Positions 60,373 through 64,000 of a stretch of 64,000 nt of DNA are shown piece after piece. Source of the stretch: Lepidodermella squamata (lineage: Eukaryota; Animalia; Gastrotricha). The stretch is taken from the NCBI GenBank assembly GCA_047495785.1, contig JBLDXI010000017.1:3410001-3474000 (forward strand), written 5' to 3'. The position numbers were made by a program, and so were the translations under genes. The notes below the pieces were generated by a model. That model made no database searches. It saw only the letters and a program-made list of their open reading frames with translations, and was not told where the DNA came from. The first letter of the stretch is position 1; each line of letters begins with the position of its first letter.

Positions 60373-63300
60373 TTATTTTTGACGCATCTTTTTATCGCGG
60401 AACTGAACAGATCTACGTTTGTTCAGGACGTGGCGCTGCAATGGTCGATAGGAATACGGTTGAACACCCTTCGCACCTGCACAGAAAGCTTCAATTAAAA
60501 TTTGAGAGCAAGTAACTCGACAGAACGAACCTTTCATTGGTTTTGCACCTTCCTTAAACTTCTTTGAACTCTTTTTGTTACCGACAACACCCTTCTTCGC
60601 CGGCTTCTTAACGGCCTTGGGCCGCTTTTGGCCAGGTTTCCGTCGCACGTCCACATCGCTATCAGCGTCGCTGTCGACAAAGTCATCTCCGCCGGTGGCA
60701 TCGTCGACCGATCCTGCTTCATCATCGCTCAAGTCTTTCGACATGCGCCGCTTTTTCACCAATATTTTCCCTAGGGAGCGTTCAGACTTGACAGGCGCTT
60801 TTTCTCGCAACATGGCGTGTTGTCTGGCTGCTAATCGCAGAGCGGTGCCAGGAGTCGCCGCGTCGGCAATGTCGTCCACGTGTTCGACGATTTTGATGTC
60901 ATCAGCGACGCCACCTAGAGGTCTCCGGCGCATTTTTGCAATCGCCTTAACACGAGACACGGTTTCTGTTTTTTCCGGCTTTTCATCGCCATCGACAACA
61001 TCATCGTCGTCCTCGTCGTCATCGTCAGACCCCACATCGGCCTTAGCTTCTCGCTGCTTCGACGCATTGGCAATAGTTCGATTCAATGTGCGGAAAAGAT
61101 GTCGCAACCGCTTGTCATCCCCGCTTCCGTCTTTAGAGCGCGTGTCGTTCAGGAGCGAAGCAACCTGTTCAAGGCCGCATTTACGGGCGAGTTTCGCCAA
61201 CAAACGCTCAAAAGACGTTCTCAGAGGTCGGCGGTGTTGCTCGGGGAAAGTGCTGCCGGAAATAATCGGAACAAGACGCGCTACAAAGCATTCGAGCTCT
61301 GACCCCGGCAGGGCTGTAATTGCGTTCGAAATTAGATTCAACACGCATCTAACAACCCGCCTGAAGGTAGCGACGTGCGAAGCTTTCAACAATGGCTCGA
61401 TTCTATCCAGCACTAGTTCAACATGCTCGTGTACAAGAGGATCTAGGAACGACATAAAAATATTCTGAAATTGACATGAGAGAAATATTACTCTTGAATT
61501 GACGGAATATCTTTGCGATAGCAGTGATAATTGCGCAGCATCCTTCTACAGTTGATTGCGATTGATTTGAAGCCCATTGATTCGGAGCCGGCAGGCGATC
61601 GAGCAACAAACGCAACAAAGATTCCACGCGGCAGGTGGCTGATTCGCTCTCTTCGTCTTCAGGCTCTTGAGCTTTCTTCGAGGGCTCTTTAGTTTCCACG
61701 CAAAGGTCAAGAGCGGCCTTTGGTGAAATGATAGCACTTGACAAGAAATGGAGAAGCTTCACAGCTGCCGTTCGAGCCCTGGCGTTTACGTCAACAAGCG
61801 ATGCTACAGCCTAAAATGTTGCGAATGTTACAAAAAAATTCCATCACTTCCTAATTTGACTTACCTCCCACAACAGCGAAGAGTAGAAGGAATTATTGTC
61901 TACTCCGTTGGCTGTTAGCAAAGCTGCTTTCGCAAAAGTCAACAAGCAGTTTAGTCGAGATCGCCGAGCTGGCGCCGAAGTGCCGGGTAGAGCTTCAGAC
62001 AACAAGGGCATTACTTCGTTACGAATGAAATTATGCTGCTCGTCGATTGTCATCGAACCCTCCTGGCCATTCGACTTGCCAATCACAATGCCAATAACGT
62101 CTTCGACCAGGCGATAAGCACGTTTCTGAAGCGCTGGGAACTGGATAGCTGTTAGTAGGTCTTTCACCGTGGCGCGTTGCGTTTGAACCAAAAATGTTCG
62201 GTTCAAAGCTGGCGAGAATCGGCCCATCATTGCGTCGCATAAATCCAAGAGTAGAGGCGGAAGCGAAATGACGCTAGCTCCGTCATCCTTCTCGTCCTCA
62301 ACCATAGCGCTACCTTCAACCGCCTTCTTCATTTTGGCGAGAGCTTCGCTCAGCCTTACCCAGGTGCGATCCAGGAAGTGCTGAGCCAACTCCGCGGTTA
62401 TTGCTTCGGCGTTCGACATCCACAGTCGAACAGTTTGAAGCACCAAACCATCGTCTTCGGCAGAGTTCAGCACATCGCTCTCCTCAGCTTGGTTGATATG
62501 CAGATTGAATAGAATCGGGAGATAATTCTTTGCATATCTAGACAGCTGAGACGGCGCGTTGTCAACAAGTCGCCGCAACGCATTGAGAATAAACGGCCTG
62601 ATTGGCGCGTCATTTGTCAGTCGATCTCCCAGCAGCTTCGCGAAGTCAGCCGGTATAACGATGGGCGATGCGCTTGACGAGGTGACGCAAAACGCTGGCA
62701 GGGTCGACCAAACTCGGCCGTACAGCAGCGTCAAGAACGGCGAAGGTGAGCCACCATGAGCTGCTTTCTCAGTCTCCATGGCCTTCGCAATTTGATCTTG
62801 AAGAGGCAAAAGCTTTTTGATAAAATACACCAGTCTGCTTCCCCCCTCATCGTTAGCACTTGTGTTTCCGGCATATCGACTGAGGAGCGATAACAACCAC
62901 GAGGCAGCATCGACTTCAGCCCGGGTCAAACGTAGCAGATTTTCAGGTGAAAGTTGCAGCAATTGAACAGTTTCAACGACAAACTGTGGCCCATAGGCGG
63001 CAATCGCGGCGCCAAAAACCTCGTCAATTGCACTCAACAGCAGCTTAATTCCAGCCTCTGGCGTCGACGTAAATCGACTCGAGGCATTGAACTGAAGTTC
63101 AGCCAAAGCAGGCAGCAATCGTTTCGTCACTTCTTGAACGGATGGTAAGGCGTTACCGAGTTGGTTGATAACATGGGCTAAGAAGTGCAAAATCTGCGGC
63201 CAGGACTCCTGATGCTCAAGACCGAGATGGGATTCCAAGGTTGAAGTGATAGATTCAGCCACATTCGCAACGGCGGATAGATCGAAATTCCCACTTTTGT

Positions 63301-64000
63301 TCTGCTTCACGAGCTGAGCTAACACACTGATCCAAGTCTGAAAAATGACAATAAATTGTCTTAAAGGCTAGCTAGACTTGAAAACTCGAACCTGTAGCAT
63401 ATCGGCTGCCAGAGCAGCAAGTTTTTTGCGTTCATTCAGAGCGTGGTTATCATCTTGAGCAGTGAAAGCCGATTGCAGAGATGAGGTAGCATTTGCGAAA
63501 ACGCTGAATAATGAATCGATGAATCTCGGCAACGCTGCTAGAGCTTTCGCCGAGTTTCGTCGCAGGACGGCCATATGAGCAACTTGAACACACCGAAGCC
63601 ATTCAGCGTACACAGCTACGAGAACTTGAGGAATAGTAGCCGAAGAAGATAGGGCCGGAGGTCGGAAGTCTGACATCAGCGCCGCGGCCAGAGATTCAGC
63701 TAGAGATACACCAGTCGTCTCTTTCTCCAGGCTATTGGCGTCATTTGCACAGCAAGCCGATAAAGCCGCATAAGCCAACAAACGAACGGTTTGGGATCCC
63801 AAAATCGTGAACTGTAATTAAAGTTATTAAAACAAATTATTGTTATTCCGATAATAATTTCTTACCGAGAGAAGGCGCTCAGCCAGTACTTTAATTGTGC
63901 TCTGAGGCATGTATTGAGCGACGTCACGAGTGAGAGCCAAGCATCGTCGAAGCTGAGGTTCGTTCGCATCCGCTCCGCTTGAAACTCGTTTAGTGGTAGA
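60373..64000 (-). CDS. RRP12: RRP12-like ribosome biogenesis HEAT-repeat protein (5' part outside window)
   Basis: WSTLPAFC, RYAKNYLPILFNL, LQKRAYRL, ERLLAKLARKCG and C-terminal KGVQPYSYRPLQRHVLNKRR motifs. Confidence 0.88.

Noticed and set aside
60575-61468. 297-aa plus-strand ORF and similar antisense ORFs over pros, RSPH4, Ctr and MCPH1
   Set aside because: Antisense shadows of real coding exons

Overview
Gene-dense eukaryotic (animal) genomic DNA with mostly 45-65 nt GT-AG introns, so most ORF-track entries are exon pieces. A radial-spoke gene implies motile cilia, which argues against a nematode. A soluble AChBP-like gene suggests a spiralian invertebrate (inference). Recognisable genes: an Rx-like N-terminal fragment, a secreted EB-module/Sushi protein, prospero, RSPH4/6, Nup133, two tandem BTBD9-like genes, a Ctr copper transporter, ankyrin-repeat genes, tRNA-Thr(CGT), MCPH1, an AChBP-like protein, a Ly6/three-finger GPI protein and RRP12 (5' part outside the window). 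Many transposon relics are present: a CACTA-type element, a Tc1/pogo MITE, RTE and CR1/L2-type LINE pieces, a Gypsy gag with PBS and LTR, pogo and MULE transposase fragments. Most notable observations: (1) a soluble nicotinic ligand-binding domain ending in an ER-retention-like HNDEL, directly next to a Ly6 prototoxin-like gene; (2) two 33/39-bp CATAGAGAA...TTCTCTATG hairpins with perfect 8-bp target-site duplications, the size expected of P-element excision footprints; (3) a CACTA-type insertion in the Rx-like reading frame that brings its own in-frame splice acceptor; (4) a type I membrane protein ending in an AT-hook; (5) a signal-peptide-bearing, internally duplicated ankyrin protein; (6) a co-oriented mosaic of unrelated fragments inside a Nup133 intron. 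All family assignments are from motif recognition by eye; no searches were run.
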